64,000 nt of DNA from the human T2T-CHM13v2.0 reference genome, Homo sapiens (GCF_009914755.1 NC_060929.1); one strand, 5' to 3'; counted from the first letter of the stretch, positions 16,455-31,892 are shown. A program made the numbers and translations. The notes: generated by a model not told the origin, from the sequence alone.

Positions 16455-18147
16455 TGAAAATATTTTCTCACATCTTAGGACTGACTTTTCATTCTTTTAA
16501 TGGTTTCCTTTGATGCACAAAAGTTTTAAATTTCAAATATGCTCAATTTATCCTTTTTCTTTTGTTGCTTCTGCTTTTGGTGCCATATCCAAGAAATCCT
16601 TGCCAAATCCAGTGTCATGAAGATTTTCACCTGTTTTCTTCTAAGAGTTTATCCTAATCTTTGCTCCTATATTTAAGACTTTAATCCATTTAGGTTATTA
16701 TATATAATACGGGAAGGGTCCAACTTCATTCTTTCGCATGTAGATATCATTTTACCAATACTATGTGTTAGAAAGACTGTCCTTTCCCCATTGAATGGTC
16801 TTGGCACCCTTGTCAAAAATCAATTGAACATATATGTGAGAATTTATTTCTGGGGCTTCTATTCTATTCTATTGGTGTATATGTCTGTCCTCATGCCAGT
16901 GCCACACCGTTTTGATTATTGTAGCTTTTTAGTAAGTTTTAAGATGAAGAAAGTGTCTTTCAACATTTTCAAATATATATTTCAATTGTGCATCTAGACA
17001 GCATGCATTTCTGAAAGATATTTTCACAAGTGGCAAAATCTGAATCTTCAAAACTTTAATACAGAAATTAAACTGTTTTCTTCCTTTTCTTTACTCACTT
17101 AAAGGATTGAATGAAAATATATCTATCTTACTTCTTTCTACAAAAACCCACCACAAACTCTCCCCATGATACCCTAGAAGAGTTAGAGGAGTCAGGGAGG
17201 AGTTGATTCTGAGTTCACAGATTCTCCTTGAGGAAATATGAGAAGCAGTGGCAAAGTAGAAGGAGGCATCACTCCTGGTCAGGGAAGGAGCTCCCTGCTA
17301 AAAAGAAGAAGAAGGGTGGGATATCGGTAAAAGAAGGAAGGTGGGTTTACTGTAAATGGCTCTCAAGGTTTAGGAGTTGACGCCAGGGATTTTTCAAAAA
17401 TAAAAAGGGCACTCCTGCTCAGGTGCGTGAAACTAGCACAGAACCACCTGAGGAGTGTGAATCAGGGTCCCACTGTGGCAGGTCTTGGTAAGTACAGGTG
17501 CCCAATGGATCTAGCTAGAGACCACCTCAGCTGAGATGATGGTTATAATAACACACCTACTATTGTACACTTACTATATTGATGTCCCTTATCCCTAATG
17601 CCATTTTAGGAAGAACAAATTAAAAAACATATTTTCTTTCTGGCCTAATTTCCACTCTCCTCCTACCTCCTTGCTTTTAAAAAAATTTGCTTCAAGTAGC
17701 AATCAGTGATGCCTGCAAGTTGCAGCATTGCACTGGAGCAGGGAAAGAGATAATAGGAACAGTCAAGTGCTTAGCTCTTGCATGGTTGAGGATGACAAAA
17801 GACATTGGATCAAACAATATCTCCCACAGCCAGGAGTTAATATGCCCTTCAGAGAGGAGGGTGAGAATGCAGTAGGTATCCAGGGGAAAATGTTCAGGCA
17901 GTTGGTTGTTGACTATATGAGTCTGTAAGTTCAGGAGGAGGTACCCTGAAGGAGTACTTAGAATCCTCAGCATCTAGACAGTAAAGCCATCATGGAATCT
18001 GATGAAATCACTTCAGATAAAGTGTACAGAGAAAGGGAAAAAAAGAGGTCAAGGTAAAATCCCTGGGGCACACCAGCATTTGGGGAGTAAACTAAAAAGA
18101 AACTAATAGTTAAGAATGGAAAGGATCTAAGAGGTAGTAAAAGAATG

Positions 18148-18805
18148 TGTAACTGCCTGATGGCTTCTTCCTGCCTGCTGCACAAATAAAGACCATGGCA
18201 TTGCAGTAAAGAAAGAGTTGAATAGACACAAGGCTGGCCATGACATGTGGGAGACAGAGTTCATACTCAAGTCAATCTCGTCCAAGTCTTGTAGGTTAGG
18301 GGTTTTTCAGAGGCAGGTTAGGGAATAAAAGAAGGGGGTGGCTTGGAAATTGGTGCTTGCTGCTGATTGGTTGGGATGGAGATTAAATCATAAGGGGTTG
18401 AAGCTGCCCTCTTGAACTGAGTTGCTCCTGGCTGGGGCCATAAGAGCCATCAGGTCCAAGTGGAGCCATGAGTGTCAGATATGAAAAACATCTGAAAGGA
18501 TATCTCAAAGGCCAGGCTCTAATAGTGATATGAACTGCAGGATCCCTGTAATAATGGCTACGCTTAGCAAAAATCAGACTTCTTTTCTCCTCCAGCCTGA
18601 TGGCCTTTCATTAGGTTTACAAAGGTGGTTGAGTTTTGAGGAAGGACTCTTATCATTTACACTATAACCTAAATGTCTTCCAAAGTTAGCTTGTCCCAAA
18701 AGCCCAAGGTTAATTAAGGGAAAGGCAAGCTAGGGGTAGTTTAAATCAGATCCATTTCACTGCCATAATTTTCTCACTGTCACAATTTTTGCAAAGGTGA
18801 TTTCA
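18148..18805 (-). mobile_element. LTR8-like ERV1 solo LTR within L2 sequence
   Basis: tgtaactgcc...gcaaaggtgatttca termini. Confidence 0.65.
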
Positions 18806-19193
18806 AAATAAAAGACTGTAGAACCATTAAAAAAAAAGGGAGGGAGAGAATTTCTGGAATAATGTGACAAACAGTCTCAACTGTCACAGAGATGTCAAGT
18901 AGGATGAAGGCTGAGGCATTTCTGTTGGATGTGGCAATGAGAGGGTTATTCGGCACTCCTTGCAAGAATTGGTTCACAGGAGCCAGCCTGCAGAGTACAG
19001 AGAGAGTAGGAATGAGGGAGTGACATAGCAGAGCCCCTGACAGTTTTCCCAGCAGCATCACTTTTTGAAAGGAATATATGTTTGAAGAAAGTGTTTTCTT
19101 TTTAAATGGGAAAGACAAGCACATTCATAGGTAAGTCCCAGAAGGACATAGAAGTTGAAAGTCTAGTAGAGAATGAATAATTTATGCAGCAAG

Positions 19194-19590
<397 letters not shown>

Positions 19591-20936
19591 TCAGTTAGTG
19601 AAGCCTGGGACTTGGTGGGGGTACTCTTGCAGAGCCCTGCGAGAGGTGGGGATACCAGCAAGACTGGGGAGATGAAGCAGATAGCTGGGAAAAGGCAGGG
19701 AGGCACCAGCTGGTGCCACAAGCAAGAGACAGACAGCAGGATGGTAGTAGCAAGTGTTACCCAGGAGAGTGATATAATGTGAATTCCTGTGGACACTTTC
19801 ATTGTTTTTCTGATAAATTAAATGCAAAATCATTTATTGAGGGTGAGAAGGACAGAGATGTGAGATGGGGTCTGAGGAGTGCAAAGTTTGCAATACCCCC
19901 TCGGGGAATGAATAAGAGATTTCCGGGAAGCCTATAGGTTCTTCCTGTGGTTATGATGACCTTCTCACAATTCATCTAAGAATGGCTTCTTTTTCTTTCT
20001 AAAATAATAGTTGGTACTTAATTACCTAATATTCTAAATATACATATATGTCTAAATACATATTTCTAACTGTGTATATTTCTAAATACAGTCATGTGCT
20101 ACCTAACAATGTTTTGGTCAACAATGGACTGCAGATAAAACAGTGGTCCCATAAGATTATAATGGAGTTGAACAACTCCTGTCACTCTAGTGCCATCGAG
20201 CTATTCTAGTGCAATCATCACTCCCCTGTTTGTGGTGATGCTGGTGGAAACAAACCACTGCACTGCCAGTCATATAAAAGTGGGGACTAAACTCTGACCT
20301 GTTTTTTTCTTCTCTTGCCCAAATTCCTATCTAAGGGGCCTGGGGAGTCATGCCCCACAAACCATAAAGTCTCATCAGAGGGGTTTTATTTAACCCTATA
20401 TAATGTGACCTGCTTTCCAACCTGACTCTGGCATAACATCACACGACAGATAAGGAAGGAAATCAAAATATTTTAACCACAAGTATGTTTCTTTGCCGTA
20501 TCTTGAAATAGCCCTTCAAAGTTGTCTCTTGTAGGGAAAAACCTACATTCTGTAGATAATTATCTTTCCTTTTTCCAGGACTTTTTCCTGATTCAAAGAG
20601 AATCAACTGAGTCTGACACCGTTTTAAATCTGATAAGAAACATTTACAATCTATTCTCTCTGAAGCCTGTTACTTGGAGGCTTCATCTGCATAATAAGAA
20701 CCTTGGTCTCCACAATCCCTTTTCTTAACCCAGACATTTTCTTTCTATTGACTCTAGGTCTTTAGATAAACTCTTTTAATAAATTGCCAATCAGAAAATC
20801 TTTGAATCTGACTATAACCTGGAAGCCCCCACTTCCAGTTGTCCCACCTTTCCAGACTGAACCAATGTACATCTTACTTATATTGATTGATGTCTTATGT
20901 CTCCCTAAAATGTATAAAACCTAGTTGTAGTCCAAC

Positions 20937-21922
<986 letters not shown>

Positions 21923-22893
21923 TGACCACCTTGGGCACATGTTCTTGGGGTCTCCTGAGGGCTGTGTCATGGGTCATTGGTCACTCCTATTTGGCTCCGA
22001 ATAAATCTCTTCAAATATTTTACAGTTTGACTCTTTTCGTTGACAAAAGTCTAACACATACAATTATGTACAGTACATAATAGTTGATAATGATAATAAA
22101 TGACTATGTTACTGGTTTATGTATACTTTTAAACACTATTTTAGAGTATATTCCTTCTGTTATTAGAAAAAAGTTAAAACTGTAAAACAGCCCCAGGCAG
22201 GTCAAGTCCTTCATGGGGTATCCAGAAGAAGGCATTGTTATCATGGAGGACAACTCCATGCCTGTTATTGCCCTTGAAGATCTTCCAATGGGACAAGATA
22301 TGGAGGTGGAAGTCAGTGAAATTGATGAACCTGACCTTGGGTAGCCTAGCCTAGTGTGTTTATCTTAGTTTTTAATAAATAACTTAAAAAAATTAAAAAC
22401 AGACATGTTTATAGAATATATAAAATATAGACATGTTTATAAAATATATTCTATGTTTATAGAATAAAGACATAAACAAAGAAAATGCTTCTGTAAAGCT
22501 GTGCAATGTGTTTGTGTTTTAAGCAGTGTTATTACAAAAGAGCCAAAAAGTTAACAAAAAGTAAGTTTATAAAGTAAAAACAGTATAACAGTAAACTAAA
22601 GTTAATTTATTATTGAAGAAAGAAAACTTTTAAAAAGTTTGTGTACCCTGAGTGTACAGTGTTTATAAAGTCTACAGTGGTGTACAGGAATGTCCTAGGC
22701 CTTCATGTTCACTCACCACGCACTCACTGACTCACCCAGAGCAATTTTTAGTCCTGCAAGCTCTGTTCATGGTGAGTGCCCTAAACAGGTATACCATTCT
22801 TTATTTTTTATGCTGTATTTTGACTATATGTCCTCTATATTTAGATATGTTCAAATATGCAAATACTTGCTATTGTGTTACGACTGTCTACAG

Positions 22894-23360
22894 TGACAGA
22901 ATAGGAACATCACCATCTTGGACAAGCACTGCCATTCTAAAGTTCACCTTGATCAAAAATCACCTAAATCCAAAGGACATCAGCCTAATGGCTAAGGTCA
23001 GCATGACCATAAACCACAAATAACATCTCCAACCAGAAATATTTCAGACCTCTCCCCAACCACAGACATGCCAGACCTGAGATAACCCCACTCTGGCTGG
23101 AAAGATGTCAGCCCCAAGATAACCTCCCCTCTGCCTGGAGACATTCCAACCCCGCCATAAAACTTCTCCCCCACACAGAAACATTCCAAGCTTGTGATAA
23201 GGCCCCTTGCCCTAAAAACAATATATACTGTTAGTCTGTAAGAGAGAATACTCCTGACCAAAATCAGACAGAAGTCCCTCTCAGGTTTATTTCTCTAAAA
23301 TAAACCTGTTGACTGTTGAGCCACATTTCATGTTTCTTTCCTGTTTCTTTAACTCTTACA
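22894..23360 (+). mobile_element. Solo LTR (family not assigned) inside Tigger3
   Basis: TG...CA termini, AATAAA near the 3' end, 5-bp TSD tacag. Confidence 0.7.
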
Positions 23361-24574
23361 TACAGTATTCAGTACAGTGACCTGCTGTACAGGTTTGCAG
23401 CCTGGGAGCAGTAGGCTATACCACAAGGCCTAGCTGTGTGGTAGGCTCTACCATCTAGATTAGTGTAAGTACGCTCTGTGATGTTCACTCAATGACAAAG
23501 TCATCTAAGCATGTATTTCTGAGAATGTATTTCCAATTAGACGTTACTTTTTCCCTTTCTCTGAGGAGCACTGTGTTAGGCACTAAGCATAAGAAAATAA
23601 GAGAAGGTCGCCCTGCCAGTAGTTAGAATTCAGTTAAGGAAATAAAACATATGCACAGAAATAAACATTGGCTCAAGATGGTGACAACCAAGTGCCAACT
23701 AAGGGAGTTTCTGGGTGAAAAGGCAGAGAATCCTAAGGAGAAAGTTATTATTGGAGAAGCTGCCAGTGTATTCTTTAAATCCTCACAAGGGTTCAAGGGG
23801 GTCCATATGATCGTCTTTTTGGATACAAGGAAGCTTCAGCTCAAATCCAATGGAGACTTTGTGTGGATTCCTTCCACTGCATCATGTTGTCCCCTCCAAT
23901 TTAAAAATTTGTTTTTTCACTAGCTGCTGTCTGCAATGACCATCCTGACCCTGTTCTTGATTAAACTGTGTTTTTGAGATCTTTTCTAGGGGTGTTTTCC
24001 ACCATGGGTTCATCTCACAATGTCTTCAGATCTACCAAACACTCCCTACATCTGCCACCAATCAGACCTAGGTTTATCTCCTTTATTTTCATTGAACCAA
24101 AAAGGATTAATATAATAAACCTTTTGTTTCTGTGACTTCACTCGTTTTAAGTTCAGTGGTCCTTTGGTTTCTGTTGAGATACTTTGGGGTGTGTATTTTA
24201 CCATCAGCTTTTCCATGGGGCAAAGCTGTGCCATTTTTACCGATTGTGTCTCAGTTGGAAATGAGCGTTCAGCTTTAATTAACCAGAGCAAAAAACTGAT
24301 GCAGGGCCCAGCAGTCTTCAACACCACTTCTGAATGATGACTATGATGCTCTGATTTCAACACTCTGATGAGGAAGAAGCAAATGCTGCCATGTTTTCTA
24401 TTGTCTTTTGTTGTTCCTTGCAGGAAAGGTGAGACTTAAGTGAAACTTAAAGGTGGAAGAAGAATTAAGTCCTCCCATAGTTTAGAGATACCTTTTGAGA
24501 TTAGCTTGAATTTCCAGAAAGTTAAAAGTTACACCGACATACAAGTTGGAGTGTTACAATACAAATAGGACTGT

Positions 24575-24800
24575 ATTTTATAATAATAAAGTATTACTAA
24601 TTTATAGGTGTTATTTTACAATAATTAGTGTTGTATTATTACAATAATTAGTAATATAGGTGTTAATTAGTATTACTAATTTATTAAATTTATTTAATTA
24701 GTATTACTAATTTATTAAATTTATTAAATTAGTATTACTAATTTATAGGAGTATTACTAATTTATAGGTGTAATTTTACAATAATTATTATTACTAACGA
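24575..24800. repeat. AT-rich degenerate tandem repeat (tagtattactaatttat units)
   Basis: Repeated agtattactaatttat motifs. Confidence 0.8.
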
Positions 24801-24845
24801 TATAAACAAAGCTCAATATGATGGGCTTTTAAAAAATTACTCCCA

Positions 24846-25138
24846 GCTGGGCGCAACGGCTCATGTCTGTAATCCCAGTACTTTGGGAGGCCAAGGCGGG
24901 CAGATCACCTGAGGTCAGAAGTTGAAGACCAGCCTGGCCAACATGGTGAAACACCGTCTCTATTAAAAAAATACAAAAATTAGCCAAGTGTGGTGGCGTG
25001 TGCCTGTAATCCCAGCTACTTAGGAGGCTGAGGTGGAAGACTCGCTGGAACCCAGCGATTGCAGTGAGCCGAGATCGCGCCACTGCAATCCAGCCTGGGT
25101 GACAAAACGAGACTGTCTCCAAAAAAAGAAAAAAAAAA
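24846..25138 (+). mobile_element. Alu (AluS-type)
   Basis: Dimer with poly(A); TSD aaaa(t)ttactccc. Confidence 0.9.
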
Positions 25139-25904
25139 TTTACTCCCTCCTGAGTAGATTGGCATCTGAAGTGTTTTTAAACAGTTGCCAACATTTTAAT
25201 GCATATTCTAATCACATGATTGACTGTCAATATGTTCCTTGTGTGAAAAAAGTTTACTTGAGCTGAGTGTTCATTATCTTCACTTTAGACAGTCTTAACA
25301 AGAAAAAAGTTTTTAAAAATCTTGGCAACAATGTGGGCTCCTTGCCTTATGTAAGCTGGCTCGCATCCCACTGCCTGTGGGGAGAGCAGAAAAAGGAAGG
25401 GAGAAAAATGGGGGTGCTAAACCCCTGCCCACGACTCCAAATGGAAAGAGGGAGGAATCTATCATGATTATAAGCCAGTGAAAGAAATGAACGGCCATAT
25501 GCATTCTATGGCCACATTTTTTGCCCTTCCTACTCCCATGCTTCTGATGATTTGCTCATCTTTAATCTCCAACTGCTTTTCAAGAAAGAGTTGCAGTTTA
25601 TTCTGATGAGCAGGAACTGGGGTACAGCCATGTAGCCTTCGTAGTCAAGAAATGAGACTCAGGACCTGGCTACCTTTTGGAATTTCATTTCTGACTTTTT
25701 GACATTAATATGTCCCTTGGACATAGGAAACTAGCAGGATATACTGTTAGGTATATAAAAGAGTCTGTAGGACTCAGGGAACCACAAGGAATACGTTGTA
25801 TGAATTTACCTGAATGACTAAATCTCCCAGCTTCCTACTTCCTGGAGAGGATGTCCTGGCACTAGCAAGGATCTTGGCCAGAGACATTTGTTGTTGTTGT
25901 TACT

Positions 25905-26202
25905 GGTTTTAAGTTTGAGTTTCATTGTTTCCTCTTCATATTTTACTAAATTCATAAATTGTGTTTTCAGTGTTCTTCCCTTTTCCTTTATCTTAGAGGA
26001 AAAGGAATGTTGGAAGTAGAGGGCTCTGAAGAAGAACTGGAAAGTAAGTGTTGACTTTCTTGTTCAATCTCCTTGACCCTGTAATTTTCACTGGCAAAGA
26101 GAAGAACATTCCAGGCAGAGTGAACTACAGAAGCAAAGAACTAAGGTGCATGACATGGAAAGAATGGTGGAAATAAATCTCAAAAAGCTTGTTTGGAGAC
26201 AA
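25905..26202 (+). repeat. Donor copy of a ~300-bp local inverted duplication
   Basis: Reverse complement of 27837-28139; about 18 substitutions and 2 indels by manual alignment. Confidence 0.92.
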
Positions 26203-27766
26203 ATTGTGAAGGCTCTGGAATGCCATAATAATTGGAGTTTGGACTTTGTTCTCTGGGCAATAGGAAACCCCAAATGCTTCAAGAGACAAGAGACATGATC
26301 ATATTTATTTGTTAAGTAAAGGACTTTGGTATCAATGTAGAGGAAGGATGGGAAGAGGTCCAGGATACCAGTTAGAAGGCAGTTTAAATAGTTCAGGGAG
26401 ATGATGGTCCAAATTAAGGCAGTTTTGGTATAAATGGGTCATACTGGAAAAAATTATGTCAGAGAAGGTATTCATGAGACTTAGTCATATAAAGGGCAGA
26501 AAGATAACTTGGGGGAAAAATGATCTAAATCATTATGAGCCTGAGATTAAAAGGGTACCATTAATAAAGAAGGGATTCTTGGAGGAGGTATTTAGTAGAG
26601 TTTGTGTTAAGTCTGTTGAATTTGAAGTGTTCCTGTGACATCTAAATGACAGAGTCCAGAGAGCTAGAATTTTGGGGTTAGAGCTCAGAAAAACGGTTGA
26701 GACTAGAGATAAATATTTGGAAGTCTTCAGCATAGTCAAGATAGGTGAAATTTCAGAAGTGGACAAGGTTGCCTATAGGGAGAGAGTATAGCATGGAAGA
26801 AGAGACAGCTCAGGACGGAACGTTATAGTTGAGGAGTTGCCAGAAAAGAGGCTGAGAAAGCCATCCGAGATAGAAGGACCACACTGCAGAAGCTAACGAA
26901 GGAAGTAGCAATTGTTCAGAAAGACCGTTTAAAGGAAACATTAAGTTTCGATTATAAAGAAGTCACCAGGTGCCTTCTGAAAAGGCATTTCCAAGGAATG
27001 AGAAACAGGAATGAAATCCTAGTGGTTGGGGCTTGGGTAGGAGGCAAAGACGTATAAGTGAGGCACAAAAACTGCTCTTGAGAAAGATTTTGTAGTGAAG
27101 GAAAGAGGAGAAATGTGGCTTGAAAGGAAGAAGTTTCTATTTCTCTAGGTCATTGGTTTGCAAAGCACTTTTACATCCACGGGGTCACTTTATTTCCAAG
27201 GCAACTCTGGAAGGTAGGAAGGGCAAATAGTTTATACTCTTGGGAACAAACCGAGGTTAAAAAGAAGTTAAAAGGCTGGCCCAAAGTCAATTATAGCAAA
27301 TAAGGGGAAGAACTGGATTTAGAATTCAGGTCATTTGACTCTTATTCCAATGATCTTTCTACTGTGCCCAAACAGAACATTTCTAGAGTATTTGCTCTAT
27401 TTGGATATTGGATACTAGGCAGCATTGAGCTCCTTGTTAAAGGGTTTTGACCTCGTCTGGGGTTAATGGCAAGCTGCTGGAAGGTTTTATGCCAGGGAAT
27501 GCTATGTTTCAGTTAATGCTTAATGGAAACAAATCTGGCAGTGAGGTGTAGGATGTGTCAGCAGAACAGACACCTGGTGGTGGGGGGGTTAGAAAATGAG
27601 GACAATTAGCTTCAAACAGAAACACAACTTTTGATACGCATTCAATCACATGCTGAGAAAGTGATTTCCCTTCAGGTCTCCAGACCCTATTCTATTTGTA
27701 TTCTTCAAGAGAAGGTCTCAGTTTGCCAGTGTATTTTTAACATGTTTCAAATACCCTCTCTCTCTC

Positions 27767-28317
27767 TTTTTTTTTTGAGACAGACCCAGGCTGGAGTGCA
27801 ATGGCACGATCTCCGCTCACTGCAACCACCGCCTCCTTGTCCGCAAACAAGCTTTTTGAGCTTTGTTTCCACCATTCTTTCCATGTCATGCACCTTAGTT
27901 CTTTGCTTCTATAGTTCACTCTGCCTGGAATGTTCTTCTTCTCCTCTTTACTGGTGACAATTACAGGGTCAGGGACATTGAACAAGAAAGTCAATACTTA
28001 CTTTCCAGTTCTTCTTCAGAGCCCTCTACTTCCAACATTCCTTTTCCTTTAAGATAACGGAAAAGGGAGGAACACTGAAAACACAATTTAGGAATTTAGT
28101 AAAATATGAAAAGGAAACAATAAAACTCAAACTTAAACCTCCCGAGTAGCTGGGATTACAGGTATGCGCCACCACACCTGGCTAATTTTTGTATTTGTAG
28201 TAGAGACAGGGTTTCACCACGTTGGCCAGGCTGGTCTTGAACTCCTGAGCTCAAGTGATCCGCCTGCCTTGACCTTCCAAAGTGCTGGGATTACAGGCAT
28301 GAGCCACCTCACCTGGC
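27767..28317 (-). mobile_element. Alu interrupted by the inverted duplication
   Basis: Alu sequence at 27767-27836 and 28138-28317. Confidence 0.88.
27837..28139 (-). repeat. Inverted duplicate copy inserted within an Alu
   Basis: Interrupts the Alu between ...accgcctcc and cctcccgagtagctggg. Confidence 0.92.
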
Positions 28318-28535
28318 ATTTTGAATACTCTCTAATCTCCCTTTTGAACAAAGAAAGAACAGGACTCAGGCTGAGAATCTTTGCAAAAACTTGCATCTTG
28401 CTAAAACTGAATTACATTGTTTTCTGTTCACTCTGTTTTTATGGTTACTTTCTACTTACGACAAGTAGGATTGATTTATCATTTATTGTAATTACAGAAA
28501 GTTTACTACACATCTTGGTAAAAAAAAGTCAAATT

Positions 28536-28899
<364 letters not shown>

Positions 28900-29099
28900 T
28901 TATATAACTGTGTATTCTAATGACTAAAGTTTGGGAAATTATGGTCTTGGAGAGTATTGCAATAGGAGTAATAAGGGTTCAGACCACAGTGGGATGTGGT
29001 AGTAGGTAAGGACCAGAAAAGAAGGCTCTGACAGATGTTTTAAGGGAGTTAAAGGAGAGGGAACTTGTTCTTTCTTTGGGAGTATTTTCTGCCTCATTT

Positions 29100-29640
29100 C
29101 TCAGTATGCTTTTGACCGTAACAGTGAAAAATAAAAAAGCCTTATACAGAACAATGAATTTATTACCTCAAATATCAGAGGCCCTGAGGTAGGGTGGCTC
29201 CAGGAATGCTTAAGTGAGTGCTTCTTTGACATCACTAAGCACTTGGCTTCCATCCATCTTCCAACCTCACCAAAAAGGGTTGTCCTCATGACTACAAGCC
29301 GGCTGACATGGTGCCAGGAATCTCGTCATGAACATATGGTGTTCTCAGCGCAACAAGAAGACATCTCTTCTTGAACTGAAGAGTGAGGGTGAAGAAAACT
29401 TTCCCTGAAGGCACCTCCACCAAAAGATTTTTCTTCAAGATTCACTGGACAAAAATACATCACATATTCATGCATAAACCAATCACTGCAAAGGGGAATC
29501 AAATTACCATACCTAACATAAACTAATTAGGATTTATTCTCTGAGCTAGGGAGATCCTTTCCCTGAAGAATGGAGTTCTCAAGATAAGAGGGGCTCTGCT
29601 AACAAATATGGTTGGTAGGCAGTCAACCATGACTTTTACA
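29100..29640 (-). mobile_element. Old MLT1 (K/L-like) LTR overlapping the AGXT2 3'UTR
   Basis: MLT1-like motifs (ccaatcactgcaaagggga...ttaccat; ggtaggcagtcaacc), same sense as the gene. Confidence 0.55.
29159..29164 (-). terminator. AGXT2: Distal polyadenylation signal AATAAA
   Basis: tttatt on the plus strand ~600 nt past the stop, followed on the minus strand by T-rich sequence. Confidence 0.7.
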
Positions 29641-29740
29641 GCTCCTGTGGAGAGCTGCAGGCTTTCTCTGGATACCAGTGGTTCTGAAATTCTTCAAATT
29701 CACCCTTGAACATAAGTGGCAAATTCTTGAGACTTGTGGT

Positions 29741-29750
29741 TTTATTTATT
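29741..29750 (-). terminator. AGXT2: Candidate proximal poly(A) signal (overlapping AATAAATAAA)
   Basis: tttatttatt on the plus strand, 11-20 nt after the stop codon. Confidence 0.35.
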
Positions 29751-29760
29751 TCTGACAATG

Positions 29761-29868
29761 TTACTTAGCTCTTCTTTCCATGTGTTGGGTTAAGGCAGAA
29801 CGAAATACTTCTAATGCAAAATCAACTTCTGGTTTAGTGATGCACATTGAGGGCGCAATGCGAAATGT
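29761..29868 (-). CDS. AGXT2: AGXT2 last exon, coding part ([35 protein letters not shown])
   Basis: 108 nt; AG at 29869-70; TAA stop at 29761-63; completes the 514-aa protein. Confidence 0.97.
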   Translation of the reverse strand, partial: TFRIAPSMCITKPEVDFALEVFRSALTQHMERRAK

Positions 29869-31304
29869 CTGAGGAGACACCAAAAAATAAGAAAACAAAT
29901 CATCAGAGAATCAAATATGACTTTGAGGAAATGCACTAAACTAAAAATCCAAAACCTTGTGTTTAGGATGTTTCTCATGTTTCTCTCAGTTTGCTTCCTC
30001 CTCCATCCCCAATGCTGAATCCAGGCCATTCACCCTCCAGTCTCCATACAAACCCTTGTACAATTTGGCTCTGCCCCTTTTCCTTTTTGTCATACATTTA
30101 CCTCCTGGTCATTCTACACCTTCACTGAAGTCTTAGGCCCCTCGCTATACTCCATTTCTGCCCAGGGTGACTTCCATGTCCATATGTGCAACCCAGCAAA
30201 CTCACTTCTCACTGCCCTTATTGCCACAACTCCCAGAATCTTTATGTCCACCCTTCTGCAACCATTCATACCCATGGCCAATGCCATGAGCCTCCTCTTC
30301 ACCAGGAACAACTCAATTTCTGATTCCCACTACAGCTTTCCTTTTCATGAAGACTTCAGAATCCTCATTCACCCATTGTTTTCAGGTCTATTGCTCCACT
30401 CAGGTCTCCTCCTTCCTTTCTACCCAGCTCAGAACGCAGAGTTGAATGAAGTAGGCTCGCACTTGCCCCTCATTTTGCTTGCATTTCTACCCTTTTTCTG
30501 CTGCACCCACACCACAGCCAATCCCAGCGCTAATGAAATATTTTATTGAATGGCTTTTTTCTAATCTAGATGGCTGAGAAGAGTTAGAGAAAAATCACAC
30601 AGCTAGGCTGAGTGATGCCGCTAGATATTCAGGGTCTCCAACTTCTGTGGGTCACCCCAACTTTTCTTGTTCATTGTCAGCGTCCTTTCTCAATCTAAAC
30701 CTTTATCATTCCTCTCAATTTCCTTACTCAACTCCTGCGCCTCTCCCTCTATTTCATAGACAATCATGCCTCATACTTCTCAGAAAATTGAAGCTGCCAC
30801 GCAAGACAAACTTGTTTGCTCTCACATCCATTTTTATAAACTTTCCTAAAGGCTCAGAGAACAAGGTGTATTTGCTGTTCAACTCCAAATTGTCCACCTA
30901 TGCCCTTGACCCTGGATTCTCCCATCTCCTTCACTCCAGGAAACGCCCCTTCAACTTCCCCTTAGCCTATAAACAAGCAGGCTTAAAGCTCTCATAACCC
31001 CAATCTAGACCACACCAAATACAAATCTTTGTTGACCCCCTTGTCCCCTATGGCTACCTCGCAAATGCTTTCTTCCTGCTTTTAGCCACATCACTAAAAA
31101 GACTGGTTGGTGCTTATTGGCCATTATTTATTACTTTGCCCTTCCCCCATTCACATCTCAATTGGTTGCAGTCTGACTTCTGCCTCATCAACCACTCTAC
31201 TAAAGTTACCTGCAAGTGTGGAATCCACTGGTCATCTTCCAGCCCTCACTCTCTCTGGCCTTCTCTGCACTTGACTCTTTGGAATTCCCCACCCCACTTC
31301 CTGA

Positions 31305-31726
<422 letters not shown>

Positions 31727-31892
31727 TCTCCTGCCTGTTAAAAGTCAGTGTTGTGCAGGTTTCTATCTTCATCTCACTGAGCTTCTCATCTAGACATTAG
31801 ACTTCCTGGGAGATTTCCTCATCTCACTGTGTAAATGCTGATGACCTATAAAACATGATCTTCAGTCATTTCCTCCGAGCTACAGACTTCTA

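Larger units (their letters stand above)
29140..29760 (-). other. AGXT2: AGXT2 3'UTR (~620 nt, end approximate)
   Basis: Follows the stop codon; AATAAA at 29159-29164 on the minus strand with a U-rich stretch downstream. Confidence 0.7.

Noticed and set aside
24575-24800. AT-rich repeated motifs as a CRISPR-like or structured array
   Set aside because: Irregular low-complexity slippage repeats with no unique spacers.
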